A stretch of 64,000 nucleotides of DNA, taken from IMG/VR virus record IMGVR_UViG_3300032116_000127; one strand, written 5' to 3'. Source of the stretch: an uncultured virus (IMG/VR IMGVR_UViG_3300032116_000127). Lineage: Duplodnaviria; Heunggongvirae; Uroviricota; Caudoviricetes. The notes below the pieces were generated by a model that did not search any database, was not told the DNA's origin, and saw only the letters and a program-made list of their open reading frames with translations. A program made the position numbers and the translations under genes. Of this stretch, positions 15,655-25,125 are shown piece after piece (the first letter of the stretch is position 1; the number at the start of each line of letters is the position of its first letter).

Positions 15655-17167
15655 CTAATTTTACCTCTACTAATGAATAGTTAAATTTTTCCTCATCATA
15701 AGTTTGCATTCTTGACAACAAATGTCTATAAGTATGATTTTTCCATTTCTTATAAGATAAGTCATCAGCAATATCAAACAAATTACAAGTAGTTTTATTC
15801 TTATTTAATCGTAGTCCTCTTCCAATACTTTGTAAATTAAGTATTTTACTCTTAATCGGACTTGCTAATATAATGTTTTCAATACTTGGTATATTCACAC
15901 CTGTACTGAAAGTTCCATAACTTGCGACTATAATACAATTGTTTGTATCTGCTGCAATATCTCTTACTTGTTCTCTATCAGAAACGATTGTATCACCAGA
16001 GATTAAATATATTTTTTTATTATATTTCTTCTCTAATCTATTTAGTTTTTCATATAAAGGGATTCCGTGTTTCTTTACGTATTGGTAAAGTATTAAAGTA
16101 TTACCTTTACAGTTAAGAGCAAGATTGGTAATATAGTTATTTCTTTTATCACAAGAAACTAGCCAATCTATTTCGTCTGAATAAACGTTATTTTTTCTTC
16201 CTTCGCGTGATATATCATCATATGAAAGGAGTAAACAAATAATTTTTAAGTCTGCTAATTTTTTCTGGTCAATCAAATCAGATGTAGTTGTGACTTTTTC
16301 TACGATTCCAAAAAGTCCTTCGAGTACTAATTTATTTATTTTACTGTTATCGATTGTTCCAGTTGTACCAATACGAAATTTTATCTTATTACATTTTTCC
16401 ATTATTGTAATAAGACTTCTTGCCTTAAATTTATGGACTTCGTCTCCGAAAACTACATCAAACTGCTCGAAGAATGATTTTGGTAATTTGTAAATACTTT
16501 GCCAAGTAGTAATTAATATATTTTTTGTAAGTTCTTTTGAAAACCCTGCATAAAGCTTTTGAATATGAGTATCTACTTTCCAACCATTTTTAGTTGAATA
16601 ATCATCAAAGTCTTTATATAACTGTTCAACTAGATTAGTTGTTGGAACTATAATTAAGCATTTCTTATTGTTTTTTAATGTTGAATACCAACGTAATATA
16701 GAATACATTATTAGACTCTTCCCACTGGCAGTTGGACTCAACAATAGGGCTCTTCGTCGCTTTAAAGCGGAATAAACCGCATTATATTGATAGTCTCTTA
16801 CTGATAGGTCTGAGTCGTTTTTAGAGGTTATATTTAATGAATTTATAAAGGTTTTAACCTCTTCTTCTGTTATAGGTTCAATATACTTTGGAAACCCTAA
16901 TTCAGATATGGTATAACCACGTTCAAAGGCAAATTTGCGTACATAAGGAATTAAACCAGTATAAACTGTCTTACGAAGTAAATCATAAAGACGTGTTTTA
17001 CCATCCCATATACGTGCTCTGTATTGTGGTGTAAAATGGGCTCCTGGAACATAAAACGTAAAATAGTCTGATAATTCTTTTTCTATACCTAAATCATCTG
17101 AGAATACACGAACGTGCGTTTCAGTATAGTTTTCGATTGTAATTTGGGATTTATTATCTTCGGACAT
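15611..17167 (-). CDS. uvsW: SF2 RNA-DNA/DNA helicase
   Basis: RDYQ, SPTASGKS, GDEVH, TTGT, QSIGRGLR. Confidence 0.96.
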   Translation of the reverse strand: MSEDNKSQITIENYTETHVRVFSDDLGIEKELSDYFTFYVPGAHFTPQYRARIWDGKTRLYDLLRKTVYTGLIPYVRKFAFERGYTISELGFPKYIEPITEEEVKTFINSLNITSKNDSDLSVRDYQYNAVYSALKRRRALLLSPTASGKSLIMYSILRWYSTLKNNKKCLIIVPTTNLVEQLYKDFDDYSTKNGWKVDTHIQKLYAGFSKELTKNILITTWQSIYKLPKSFFEQFDVVFGDEVHKFKARSLITIMEKCNKIKFRIGTTGTIDNSKINKLVLEGLFGIVEKVTTTSDLIDQKKLADLKIICLLLSYDDISREGRKNNVYSDEIDWLVSCDKRNNYITNLALNCKGNTLILYQYVKKHGIPLYEKLNRLEKKYNKKIYLISGDTIVSDREQVRDIAADTNNCIIVASYGTFSTGVNIPSIENIILASPIKSKILNLQSIGRGLRLNKNKTTCNLFDIADDLSYKKWKNHTYRHLLSRMQTYDEEKFNYSLVEVKLDASKIIDTENNKIE

Positions 17168-17604
17168 TAAGCACCACTAACGAACTTTTTCCACTCTAAT
17201 GAATTTCTTATTATCCAATCTCGTGACTTGATCTGTTGTAATATAGATTCAAGAAGTTCCTGTATGCTCGTTAAATATTCAATTTTAAGTTTGGCTTTAA
17301 TTAAATCAGCATCACCATTTAGAAATTCATCCATTTCATTTCTTAATGGTTTTATACCTTGCCATTGTTCCCAACCAGCAAGTTCTAATTCACCCTTACT
17401 CATTTCACCACGATAATATCTAAATTTTTTTACACGCATACTATTATATTCAGATTGTGCTGATGTAATACGATGTTTATATGAAATGAGTAAGTTTAAA
17501 TATTTTGAATGTAAGACTGGTGTACGAACAGATTCTCGATCTAAATGATTATCGTCTATAATACAGTCTTGTTTCCATTGTTCTTGTATTTCTTCAAGTG
17601 TCAT
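17167..17604 (-). CDS. uvsY: Recombination mediator
   Basis: W..D..ID...L..ES...P.LHSKYL; R.W.I.N..EW.KF..G. Confidence 0.92.
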   Translation of the reverse strand: MTLEEIQEQWKQDCIIDDNHLDRESVRTPVLHSKYLNLLISYKHRITSAQSEYNSMRVKKFRYYRGEMSKGELELAGWEQWQGIKPLRNEMDEFLNGDADLIKAKLKIEYLTSIQELLESILQQIKSRDWIIRNSLEWKKFVSGA

Positions 17605-17611
17605 AATTCAT

Positions 17612-17640
17612 ATTATACTATAAAAAAGCTTGTAAGTAAA
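17612..17640 (-). promoter_or_regulatory. Early promoter of uvsY-uvsW, probably leaderless
   Basis: TTTACT-N17-TATAAT, 7 nt from ATG 17604. Confidence 0.8.
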
Positions 17641-17645
17641 GGGTT

Positions 17646-18011
17646 TTAAGCTTTATTTGAAGTATTTTTTTCGTCAAATCCTTGATACATTATGCAAGAT
17701 TCACCTGATGGAACAGTGATTGTTTCTATAATTGCTTTTGGTGATTTTGCATTCTTATAGTGTGCTATAATAAAGACTGGATTTCCATTGCTTTCGGCAC
17801 CAGTTCTTCCAGTGTATGTTTTTGACATAATCCAACCCTTAGATTCTAAAAAAGCATGAAGTGTTGTTGAGTCATTACAAATTACTGGTATTTCTTCAAT
17901 CCAAGATGAATCTGGATACTTATCACTTTGTGGCAATCCTTGTGCAAAGCTTCGCCCTGCTCCAATAGTAAGCAAAAATGATAAAAATAATATGAATATA
18001 TTTTTTTGCAT
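17646..18011 (-). CDS. Secreted hypothetical protein
   Basis: Signal peptide ending SFA; two Cys (PVIC...GESC). Confidence 0.6.
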   Translation of the reverse strand: MQKNIFILFLSFLLTIGAGRSFAQGLPQSDKYPDSSWIEEIPVICNDSTTLHAFLESKGWIMSKTYTGRTGAESNGNPVFIIAHYKNAKSPKAIIETITVPSGESCIMYQGFDEKNTSNKA

Positions 18012-18035
18012 TTAACAGTCTCTTTCTAATTTATT

Positions 18036-18599
18036 TTAGTAGACTGTCGAAGAAGAAGGACTCTGTATTGTAAAATAACTATATCTTAGAGTCACAGTAT
18101 TTGTAATGTAAGTCACATCGGTACTTTTAGAGTCGAATATCATCGACGACAACCCTGTTGGAAACATATCTCTAAACGTAATTATTTTACTAATTGCGTT
18201 ATTATTATTTAGTATTAAAAGTGTACCATCTGAAAAATTTTTTGCTAATTCTTTTAAATTTGCTTTATAAGCTTCAGTATCAGTGGTTGGAAAATTTAAA
18301 TATTGTTCATAATTTCTTGGTTTGCCAAGGGCAACCATCCAACGATAAAGTGCAAGATAATTTTCCATATCTTCATCTACGATAAATTCTAAATTACAAA
18401 CACCATAAGTAATTTTTTCTCCTGGAATGTAAGCATCTGAAAGTGGTGTTCCTTGAGCAATCTCACCTAATGTAAGATCAGGTATATTAATCGACTGAAC
18501 GAAATAATTTACATTTGGAATACGTGCAAATGAAAAAGAAAATCCGTTAGGATTAAGTGGATTAATATTAGATGGTTTATTTGAAGTTTTAAGAGTCAT
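18036..18599 (-). CDS. gp3: Tail tube terminator/completion protein
   Basis: N.L.PNGF.F...RIPNV.YF.Q..NIP, FIVDEDMENY, SDGTL; position after gp23. Confidence 0.8.
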   Translation of the reverse strand: MTLKTSNKPSNINPLNPNGFSFSFARIPNVNYFVQSINIPDLTLGEIAQGTPLSDAYIPGEKITYGVCNLEFIVDEDMENYLALYRWMVALGKPRNYEQYLNFPTTDTEAYKANLKELAKNFSDGTLLILNNNNAISKIITFRDMFPTGLSSMIFDSKSTDVTYITNTVTLRYSYFTIQSPSSSTVY

Positions 18600-18607
18600 A
18601 TTATAAT

Positions 18608-18615
18608 TATTTAGT
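18608..18615 (-). promoter_or_regulatory. Late (gp55) promoter ACTAAATA
   Basis: T4-like late box upstream of gp3; same box before several structural genes. Confidence 0.65.
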
Positions 18616-18623
18616 ATAAATGA

Positions 18624-18656
18624 AAAAGGGGGAAGACTTTTACATCTCCCCCCTTT
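18624..18656 (-). terminator. Rho-independent terminator after gp23
   Basis: GGGGGGAGA-loop-TCTTCCCCC followed by TTTTT on the minus strand. Confidence 0.85.
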
Positions 18657-18681
18657 AAAATTATATAATCAACCTTACAAA

Positions 18682-19953
18682 TTACATTAAATTTGTAATT
18701 GCAACTTTTCTGTAGTAGTAGTTAGAAGCTGCTTGTAAGTTCGTGTTATTACCATCAAGTTGTACAAATGGGTTTGACACCATTCCGTATCTTGTTTTGA
18801 ACGCGATCTTAGGTTGGAATGTAGAAGGATCTACTGCACGTACTAATTGTAATGGTACGTATGGGCAATAGAATATTCCAGCATCAAATGCTGAACTACC
18901 TTTATATCCTACTAATAACAGCTGAGTTGAAGCTGAGTTAGCAGAATATGGATCTACAAACACTTTGTAGCGACCATTAAGGACACCAGCAAAAGTTGTA
19001 GAAGCTTCGTCTACATTTAGATTAGTTGAAAGAGCTGGAGCATAGTCCAAAGCACCTGACATTGCTAACGCACTCGCTACATCAGAAGAAGCAATAATGA
19101 AATTACCTTTTCCTCTACGAGTTTGTTGAGCGATCGCATTTGCTTCTCTCTCTACTTGGAATAATAACCCTTTGAACTTCTCAACTGACCATCTTCCATT
19201 TGAATCTACATCAAGATCAAAAGTACCAGCTGCTGCTGTACCTACTTGTGCTCCTGTTTTAGCTACTCCATAAATTGTACGAATAACTTCTCTATTGATT
19301 TCCGCTAGGATTTCAGTAGATAGGATATTTGACAATTCACTTTCAGCATCTAAACCATGAACTGATTTTAGATCTTGTGCTAATTCAACTGTGTACTCAG
19401 CTTTTAAAGCACGAGTTTTCGCAGTCACTGAAGTTTTCTCGATTGAAAACGCCATTTGATTGAACGTTCCTGAATCGCCTAATCCTTCAGCATCAGTTGT
19501 TGATAATCCAGAACCAGTTGTATAAGCACCACTTACTGGATTTGAACCAGCATGTGTACCTGTACCACCGAAGTCTGAATCAGCTTCGTTAAATAAAGCT
19601 TCTGTTCCATTCTGTGCTGTATATCTGCTTTTCATAGCGAATATTAAGCCAGTTGGTTGTGTCATCGGCTGTACTCCGCAAACGTCATAAGCGATCATTT
19701 GTGGAATTGCACGACGTACTAATGAGATCAATACTGGATCAAATTTAGCTACTCCTGAAGTATCTGGTAAAGCACCAGCTGCATTCGCGTGAGTTGCTTC
19801 AAAAAGTGCTTGCTTTTCTTCATTAATAGAACGTTCTTGGTTCTCTAATAGAACAGCTGTCACTTCTTTTCGGTAAGCATCTTTAATAGGTGCTACACCT
19901 GCGTGATCTAATACTGGAGCCCATTTTTTTAAAAGATCTTTACGATCTGCCAT
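18682..19953 (-). CDS. gp23: Major capsid protein
   Basis: FDPVLISLVRR, GVQPM..PTGLIFAM, LAQDLK.VHG.DAE.EL, FQPKI.FKTRYG. Confidence 0.98.
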   Translation of the reverse strand: MADRKDLLKKWAPVLDHAGVAPIKDAYRKEVTAVLLENQERSINEEKQALFEATHANAAGALPDTSGVAKFDPVLISLVRRAIPQMIAYDVCGVQPMTQPTGLIFAMKSRYTAQNGTEALFNEADSDFGGTGTHAGSNPVSGAYTTGSGLSTTDAEGLGDSGTFNQMAFSIEKTSVTAKTRALKAEYTVELAQDLKSVHGLDAESELSNILSTEILAEINREVIRTIYGVAKTGAQVGTAAAGTFDLDVDSNGRWSVEKFKGLLFQVEREANAIAQQTRRGKGNFIIASSDVASALAMSGALDYAPALSTNLNVDEASTTFAGVLNGRYKVFVDPYSANSASTQLLLVGYKGSSAFDAGIFYCPYVPLQLVRAVDPSTFQPKIAFKTRYGMVSNPFVQLDGNNTNLQAASNYYYRKVAITNLM

Positions 19954-19977
19954 GTTATTCTCCCTTATTATTGTTAA

Positions 19978-21570
19978 TTAAATTTGTTTCTTTGAGCGAT
20001 TTAATAGGTCTGCATATGCAGCTATTTTTACGTCAGTTATTTTAACTGACTCGTTAATAACGATTGGCTCATCAGTCACTATTGTATCTACTATTGTTTT
20101 AGTAGAATTTTGAGTCGCAGACACTGCTGAGAAATAATTATCTCTTATTGTCTGTACTTTTCTCTCAAAAGACGCATCATCTTCAAACGTTAGCTCTTCA
20201 GCTAATGATTTAAGTTTTTCTGCATCTGTTGACACTAGATCTTTTGAAGCTGCTGTTATGATTTCATTTTTTCGTAAATCACTAAATGCTTTTGAAATTT
20301 TAGCATTTTCAGCTGTTGCTTCATCAAGTTTTTTCTTGGTAGTATTAAGTTGATCTTGAAGATCAGAAAGTACATCAAATCTTTCATTTGGTACTTCAAT
20401 GTAATGGTCTTCGAATAAATTTCTTAAACCACTTACAAAGTCTTCAAGTATTTCAGTCTTAATACCTGATTCAAGAGCGATTTCATTTTGTAAGACCCAC
20501 TGCTCAACTACATAGCTGAGATATCCATCAACTTTTTCAATCAGGCTCTCTTTGATAACTGCCATGTTTTTAACATTTTCAGTTCTCAATTCATTTGAAA
20601 CACGAGTAATTTCATCTTTTACTCTATTAATTACTACGTTTTCGAATATTACTTTTGCTTTTGCTTTAAACTCTTCAGAAAGTGTTTCACCTTTTAATAA
20701 TGCATCAACATCAGCAGATACATCTACTTTAATTGATTCATTAGTTTTTTCGTTCATTTTCACTTCATCTGGTTTTTTAGCATTTTTTTCTTTAATTTTT
20801 TCTTCATCATCTTCAGATTCAGACTCAGATTTCATTTCTTTTTCTTCTTCATCATCATCTTCTTCTTCAGACTCATCATCTTCAGATTCGTCTTCTTTTT
20901 CGTCTTCAGACTCAGATACTGCTTTTACTTCAGCTTTTTCTTTTTCAGCTTTAGCTTTTTCTTCAGCTTCTCTTTTAGCTTTTTCTTCTTCAGTTTCTTC
21001 TTTAACAGCATCTTTCTTTTCTTCTTTATCCTTAATTGCTTTTTGCAATTCTGGTGGTAAAGTTTTTTGTTTATCTGTTAATTCTTGTTCTTTAACTGCG
21101 TCAGCTTTTTCTTTTTCAGCTTTAGCTTTTGCTTCGTCTTCAGCTTTTTTCTTTTCGTCGTCAGTCATTTCTGTTTCTTTTACGATTTCTTTTTCTTTAG
21201 CTTTTTCATCTTCTTTTTTCTTATCATCTGTGTTAGGAGCCACTTCTGATTCAGATTTAGTAGATGCTTTTTCTGCTTCTGCTTTTGCCTTTTCTTCTTC
21301 TTCTCTTTTTTTCTTTTCTTCTTCAGTTTCTTCAGTTTTTAATGCTTGACCTGTGAATGGACTGATTTCTTCTTTCTTAAGAATACCTTTAGCAATTTCG
21401 TGTGCTTTTTTAATTGTTTCTTTTTCAAGAGGTGGTTCATCACCTGTAATTTCTTTTGCTTTTGCCATACCAATAGCATAAGCACTACCCTCTTTATCTT
21501 GTTCAGATAAAAGAGTTTTAGCTTTCTTCGCTTCAGCTAACAGCTTTGCGATTGTTTCTTCGATTTTCAT
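19978..21570 (-). CDS. gp22: Prohead core scaffold with long charged N-terminal insertion
   Basis: LSEEFK.KA..IFE, VDGYL.YVVEQW, F..GL..LF..HYIEVP; synteny 21-22-23. Confidence 0.92.
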   Translation of the reverse strand: MKIEETIAKLLAEAKKAKTLLSEQDKEGSAYAIGMAKAKEITGDEPPLEKETIKKAHEIAKGILKKEEISPFTGQALKTEETEEEKKKREEEEKAKAEAEKASTKSESEVAPNTDDKKKEDEKAKEKEIVKETEMTDDEKKKAEDEAKAKAEKEKADAVKEQELTDKQKTLPPELQKAIKDKEEKKDAVKEETEEEKAKREAEEKAKAEKEKAEVKAVSESEDEKEDESEDDESEEEDDDEEEKEMKSESESEDDEEKIKEKNAKKPDEVKMNEKTNESIKVDVSADVDALLKGETLSEEFKAKAKVIFENVVINRVKDEITRVSNELRTENVKNMAVIKESLIEKVDGYLSYVVEQWVLQNEIALESGIKTEILEDFVSGLRNLFEDHYIEVPNERFDVLSDLQDQLNTTKKKLDEATAENAKISKAFSDLRKNEIITAASKDLVSTDAEKLKSLAEELTFEDDASFERKVQTIRDNYFSAVSATQNSTKTIVDTIVTDEPIVINESVKITDVKIAAYADLLNRSKKQI

Positions 21571-21615
21571 TTATATTCTCCTAATTTAAATATATAAAGA
21601 ATGGATTTCCATTCA

Positions 21616-21623
21616 TATTTAGT
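21616..21623 (-). promoter_or_regulatory. Late promoter ACTAAATA for gp22-23
   Basis: Followed by a GAATGG/CCATTC hairpin and AGGAG RBS. Confidence 0.65.
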
Positions 21624-22279
21624 TATTTTATTTTGTCAAGGAACTTAGCAAATTGTATTGCTTGAGCTTCAGCAAGTGCTATTCTGTTTGTACTTGCTAT
21701 CTCTTTTCTTACTTGCTCTATATCCTTTTCAACAAATTTACCATCAACGAATACCCATTCTTTTCCTTCCATAACACCACGCACAAATGCGTCTGGTGCT
21801 GATGGATCAGCAACTATATCACCAGCAGTAGCCAGCATAAAGTCATCTTGTACTAATTGAGTTCCGTCATTTTTTGCTCTTAACGATCCCATCCCTCTAG
21901 ATGAAACACCTAAATTAGCACCCTCGTCAATTAAACTTTTAACGATTTTACCATAAGGTGTGTCCATTATTTTTGCTTTTCCGACATAATTATTGCCATC
22001 AAGCTTCAATTCTTTTATCATGTGCGACACTCTATCTAAATTAATAGTAGGAGAATCAGGATGACCTAATTCACCATACGCACGATTCTTTTCAATATTT
22101 TCTTTTGTATATCTTTCAACTTCTTTTTTCATTACATCCATTGGATATATTCTACCATTACGATTTTTAATTTCACCTTGTAAAAATACTCCTTCAATAA
22201 AATAGGTTTTTGATGTTTCTCCTTTTGGAGTTTCAACTAAATATTTTACTGATTCTGTAAATTCTCTTATAAGTTTCAT
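21623..22279 (-). CDS. gp21: Prohead protease
   Basis: KNRNGRIYP, GELGHP, GVSSRGMGSL, DIVADPSAPDAFV. Confidence 0.97.
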   Translation of the reverse strand: MKLIREFTESVKYLVETPKGETSKTYFIEGVFLQGEIKNRNGRIYPMDVMKKEVERYTKENIEKNRAYGELGHPDSPTINLDRVSHMIKELKLDGNNYVGKAKIMDTPYGKIVKSLIDEGANLGVSSRGMGSLRAKNDGTQLVQDDFMLATAGDIVADPSAPDAFVRGVMEGKEWVFVDGKFVEKDIEQVRKEIASTNRIALAEAQAIQFAKFLDKIK

Positions 22280-22283
22280 TTAA

Positions 22284-22706
22284 TTAACTACCTCTAGCGT
22301 TCGGATCATCATAAGAACCGAATGTCGATAATTCTATCTTAGTTTCAAATCCTGAATTCTTACGTAATGTTAAATACACATAAGATTCTTCTGACATACT
22401 GCAAACGATATCATGTGTATTATTAATTCCATCAACCCAGCCATCAAAGAAAAATTGATCTGGTTGGTCACAAGGAGCAGCAAATATGCCTACATTGTCT
22501 CTTGTTAGACGAAATGAAGATCCATTAACACCAGTAAAAGTTATTGCTACAATATTAATTTTTACTGTGCCTTCAATAACTTCTGTACTTAGCAAAGCAT
22601 CGACATCTAAATCAAAAGTGGCTGTTTGATTCGTACCACCAGTATTTGCAAATTTCACTACAACTTCATTTTTTGATTTTTTCAATATAGTCTTTGTGAC
22701 TGCCAT
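22284..22706 (-). CDS. Hypothetical protein in head cluster
   Basis: 140 aa, AGGAG RBS, between the gp67-like gene and gp21. Confidence 0.6.
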   Translation of the reverse strand: MAVTKTILKKSKNEVVVKFANTGGTNQTATFDLDVDALLSTEVIEGTVKINIVAITFTGVNGSSFRLTRDNVGIFAAPCDQPDQFFFDGWVDGINNTHDIVCSMSEESYVYLTLRKNSGFETKIELSTFGSYDDPNARGS

Positions 22707-22722
22707 TTGATTAAACTCCTAA

Positions 22723-22905
22723 TTAGTTTTTATCGTTGCTTGTTATTTTATCTTTAAATATCGTATTAGCAACTTCTTGCTTTAAACTATCTAATCTTGC
22801 TGATACTTTTTCAGCCATTACTGTTGAAAACGATGCATTAATTGCATCAGCATTTCCTATTTCAATATTATCAATTAAGTCTTTAATTTTGTTTTTCATA
22901 TCCAT
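22723..22905 (-). CDS. Small prohead core protein (gp67-like)
   Basis: Helical 60 aa directly after portal; F...M..KV...L...K.EVA..IF. Confidence 0.55.
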   Translation of the reverse strand: MDMKNKIKDLIDNIEIGNADAINASFSTVMAEKVSARLDSLKQEVANTIFKDKITSNDKN

Positions 22906-22908
22906 AAA

Positions 22909-24474
22909 TTATTCCTTTTTAGTTTCATTAGCAAAAGGTTCTTCAAGATCAATTTCATCTTGTTTTGTATCTATTGCTTCATCGTCAGTTTCAGCAGTTT
23001 GAGCTACTTTTAAATCTTGTAATTTACCTTGCTCGCTTGCTATTTCTTTATCATTTTTCGCAATATCATCTTCTGTTTGTCTCAGAATATTTTTGCGCAC
23101 CCAATTGATACTATAATATTTTCCAATATATTGTTCAATAGAATTTAACATATTAATTCTTTGAGCTAATATTTCATTTTCTTTTAATTCAGTAAAGAAA
23201 TTATCTCTTAAAAAATCAAAACGAATATCTTGACTAAATTGTTCCCACTCTTGATCTTTTATAATTCCTTTTAAAATCAATTGCACTCTTAAAATACTGT
23301 AAAAAATAGTGCTAAATTTACGTCTTAATCTATCAATAAATTTTTGGAAGTTTAATTCATCACGACTTATTTCGCTTGCTCTTCCTAAATTAAACCCTGT
23401 TTCACTTAACAATCTTGTAACAGGAACATTTAAAGATTGATATAATTTCTTTTGAAAATATTGTACATCAGCTATTTCGCCTAAATTTTGTCCACCTTGG
23501 AGTGTAGTAATTTCAGTTCCTCTACCACCCTCTCTTCTTGGCATCCAAAAGTCTTCAAGCATTGACATGTGTTTACGATCATCTCGTACTTCACCTGTTG
23601 ATGCATCATATACAACTTTATTTCTAAACTTATTCATGATGTCGTTTACATACTGTTCTGCTTTTAACTTAGGCAGATTACCAACATCAATATAAAATAT
23701 TCTTCGTTCAGGTGCTCTTGATAAACGATAGATTACTATACTATCTTCTACCATTTTTAACTGGTTCACTGGTTTTATCGCTTTATGTAAATGCGATAAT
23801 ATCATACCAGAATTTAAATCAGTTAATCCTGATGGAGCGAATACAACTGAATCTAAAGATAGTTTAATACCTGTTGCTAGACTATCAGTGATTCCTTTGT
23901 CATTGTAAATGTAGTATTCTTCTATATCTTTTACTACGTCAACACCCTTATCATTTTTTTCTTTTTTATAATTTTTAATCTTACGTATTTTACGTGGATC
24001 TATAAATCTTAATTCATTAATTCCGTTTTTAGTATTTTTAGGATCTATAACTATATGATAGTATAGTCTTCCATCAACATACCATGTACGAAATATATCG
24101 TGACCACGTATATCAAACTCTAATAATTTATAAACTTCTTCGAACTCTTTTCTTATAGCTTCTTTAATTTTATCTGATGCTTTTAAATCATCCAAAACTA
24201 CGTCAACTGAAAGACGTTGATTATCTAATACAATTGATTCATTTACAATATCTTCAATTGCATTATCAGCATCTGGGTAATAAGAAACTTCACGATATCT
24301 TTTTATTAAATCGTTTTCGCCCTTAATACTCGCATCTAAATCAAGTGTTAATCCATAATAAGCCGATGCGTCTGCTACCAACGTCGAACCATCTAAATTA
24401 GATGGTGTGACTACCGAACTAATTTCTTTCTTCGGTGTTTTTCTTTTAATCTCAAAGCCAAATAATTCTGCCAT
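22909..24474 (-). CDS. gp20: Portal vertex protein
   Basis: WYVDGR, YR.SRAPERRIFYIDVGNLPK.KAEQY, EDFWMPRREGGRGTEITTL.GG. Confidence 0.98.
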   Translation of the reverse strand: MAELFGFEIKRKTPKKEISSVVTPSNLDGSTLVADASAYYGLTLDLDASIKGENDLIKRYREVSYYPDADNAIEDIVNESIVLDNQRLSVDVVLDDLKASDKIKEAIRKEFEEVYKLLEFDIRGHDIFRTWYVDGRLYYHIVIDPKNTKNGINELRFIDPRKIRKIKNYKKEKNDKGVDVVKDIEEYYIYNDKGITDSLATGIKLSLDSVVFAPSGLTDLNSGMILSHLHKAIKPVNQLKMVEDSIVIYRLSRAPERRIFYIDVGNLPKLKAEQYVNDIMNKFRNKVVYDASTGEVRDDRKHMSMLEDFWMPRREGGRGTEITTLQGGQNLGEIADVQYFQKKLYQSLNVPVTRLLSETGFNLGRASEISRDELNFQKFIDRLRRKFSTIFYSILRVQLILKGIIKDQEWEQFSQDIRFDFLRDNFFTELKENEILAQRINMLNSIEQYIGKYYSINWVRKNILRQTEDDIAKNDKEIASEQGKLQDLKVAQTAETDDEAIDTKQDEIDLEEPFANETKKE

Positions 24475-24511
24475 AATCTATTTCCGAGTCCCTTGTCGAA
24501 ACTCTGTTATA

Positions 24512-25105
24512 TTATATTTTAATTGGGAATGAACCAACTGGTGTATCAATTGAAATATTCACTCCTACACCATCACGTGAAGCTGTATCACTATCAAAGT
24601 AGTTGTATTGAAATTCAACATCAAACGTTTCAACTGCATTTGCTGTATCATAGTCTAATTGAACTACACCAATAGAAATTGGGTAAGCATCAACAAAACG
24701 ATATGATTTAATAATTGCACCTGAACGATCTAATTGTCTTACTACTAAATCCGTTTGATAATCTCTTGGATTTACACGACCATTAGTTGTTTGATAGTTT
24801 TGAATACCATTTGACCAACGTTCCATCGCATTTCTTATATTGAAGTTTGTATCATTATAAATTGTGACAGTCCATGGAGCAAATGTTCTTTCTCCTGCAA
24901 AATTAACAGCACGACCACGATATTGAACTGGAATGTTCTCTATTGTGCTTGCTGGTAATTGTGCTGCTTTACATAAAAATTGAGCTTGCGCACTTGCCAA
25001 AATCCCTGCAACAACGTAGCTAGGGAAAATTAACTCAACACGAAACTGATTGGGACGTGCCCCACCACCAGTCATTTGTGCTTTAAAATCTGCTATATCA
25101 GCCAT
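24512..25105 (-). CDS. gp19: Tail tube protein
   Basis: GGARPNQF.V, CKAAQLPAS, GERTF.PWTVTI.ND. Confidence 0.95.
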   Translation of the reverse strand: MADIADFKAQMTGGGARPNQFRVELIFPSYVVAGILASAQAQFLCKAAQLPASTIENIPVQYRGRAVNFAGERTFAPWTVTIYNDTNFNIRNAMERWSNGIQNYQTTNGRVNPRDYQTDLVVRQLDRSGAIIKSYRFVDAYPISIGVVQLDYDTANAVETFDVEFQYNYFDSDTASRDGVGVNISIDTPVGSFPIKI

Positions 25106-25125
25106 TTAAGTTTCTCCTTTAATTA

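Noticed and set aside
20552..21349. 265-aa Ser/Phe-rich plus-strand ORF and the other plus-strand ORFs (e.g. 12186-12734, 33962-34519, 37390-37914)
   Set aside because: They are antisense shadows of biased minus-strand genes, with no RBS, promoter or motifs.
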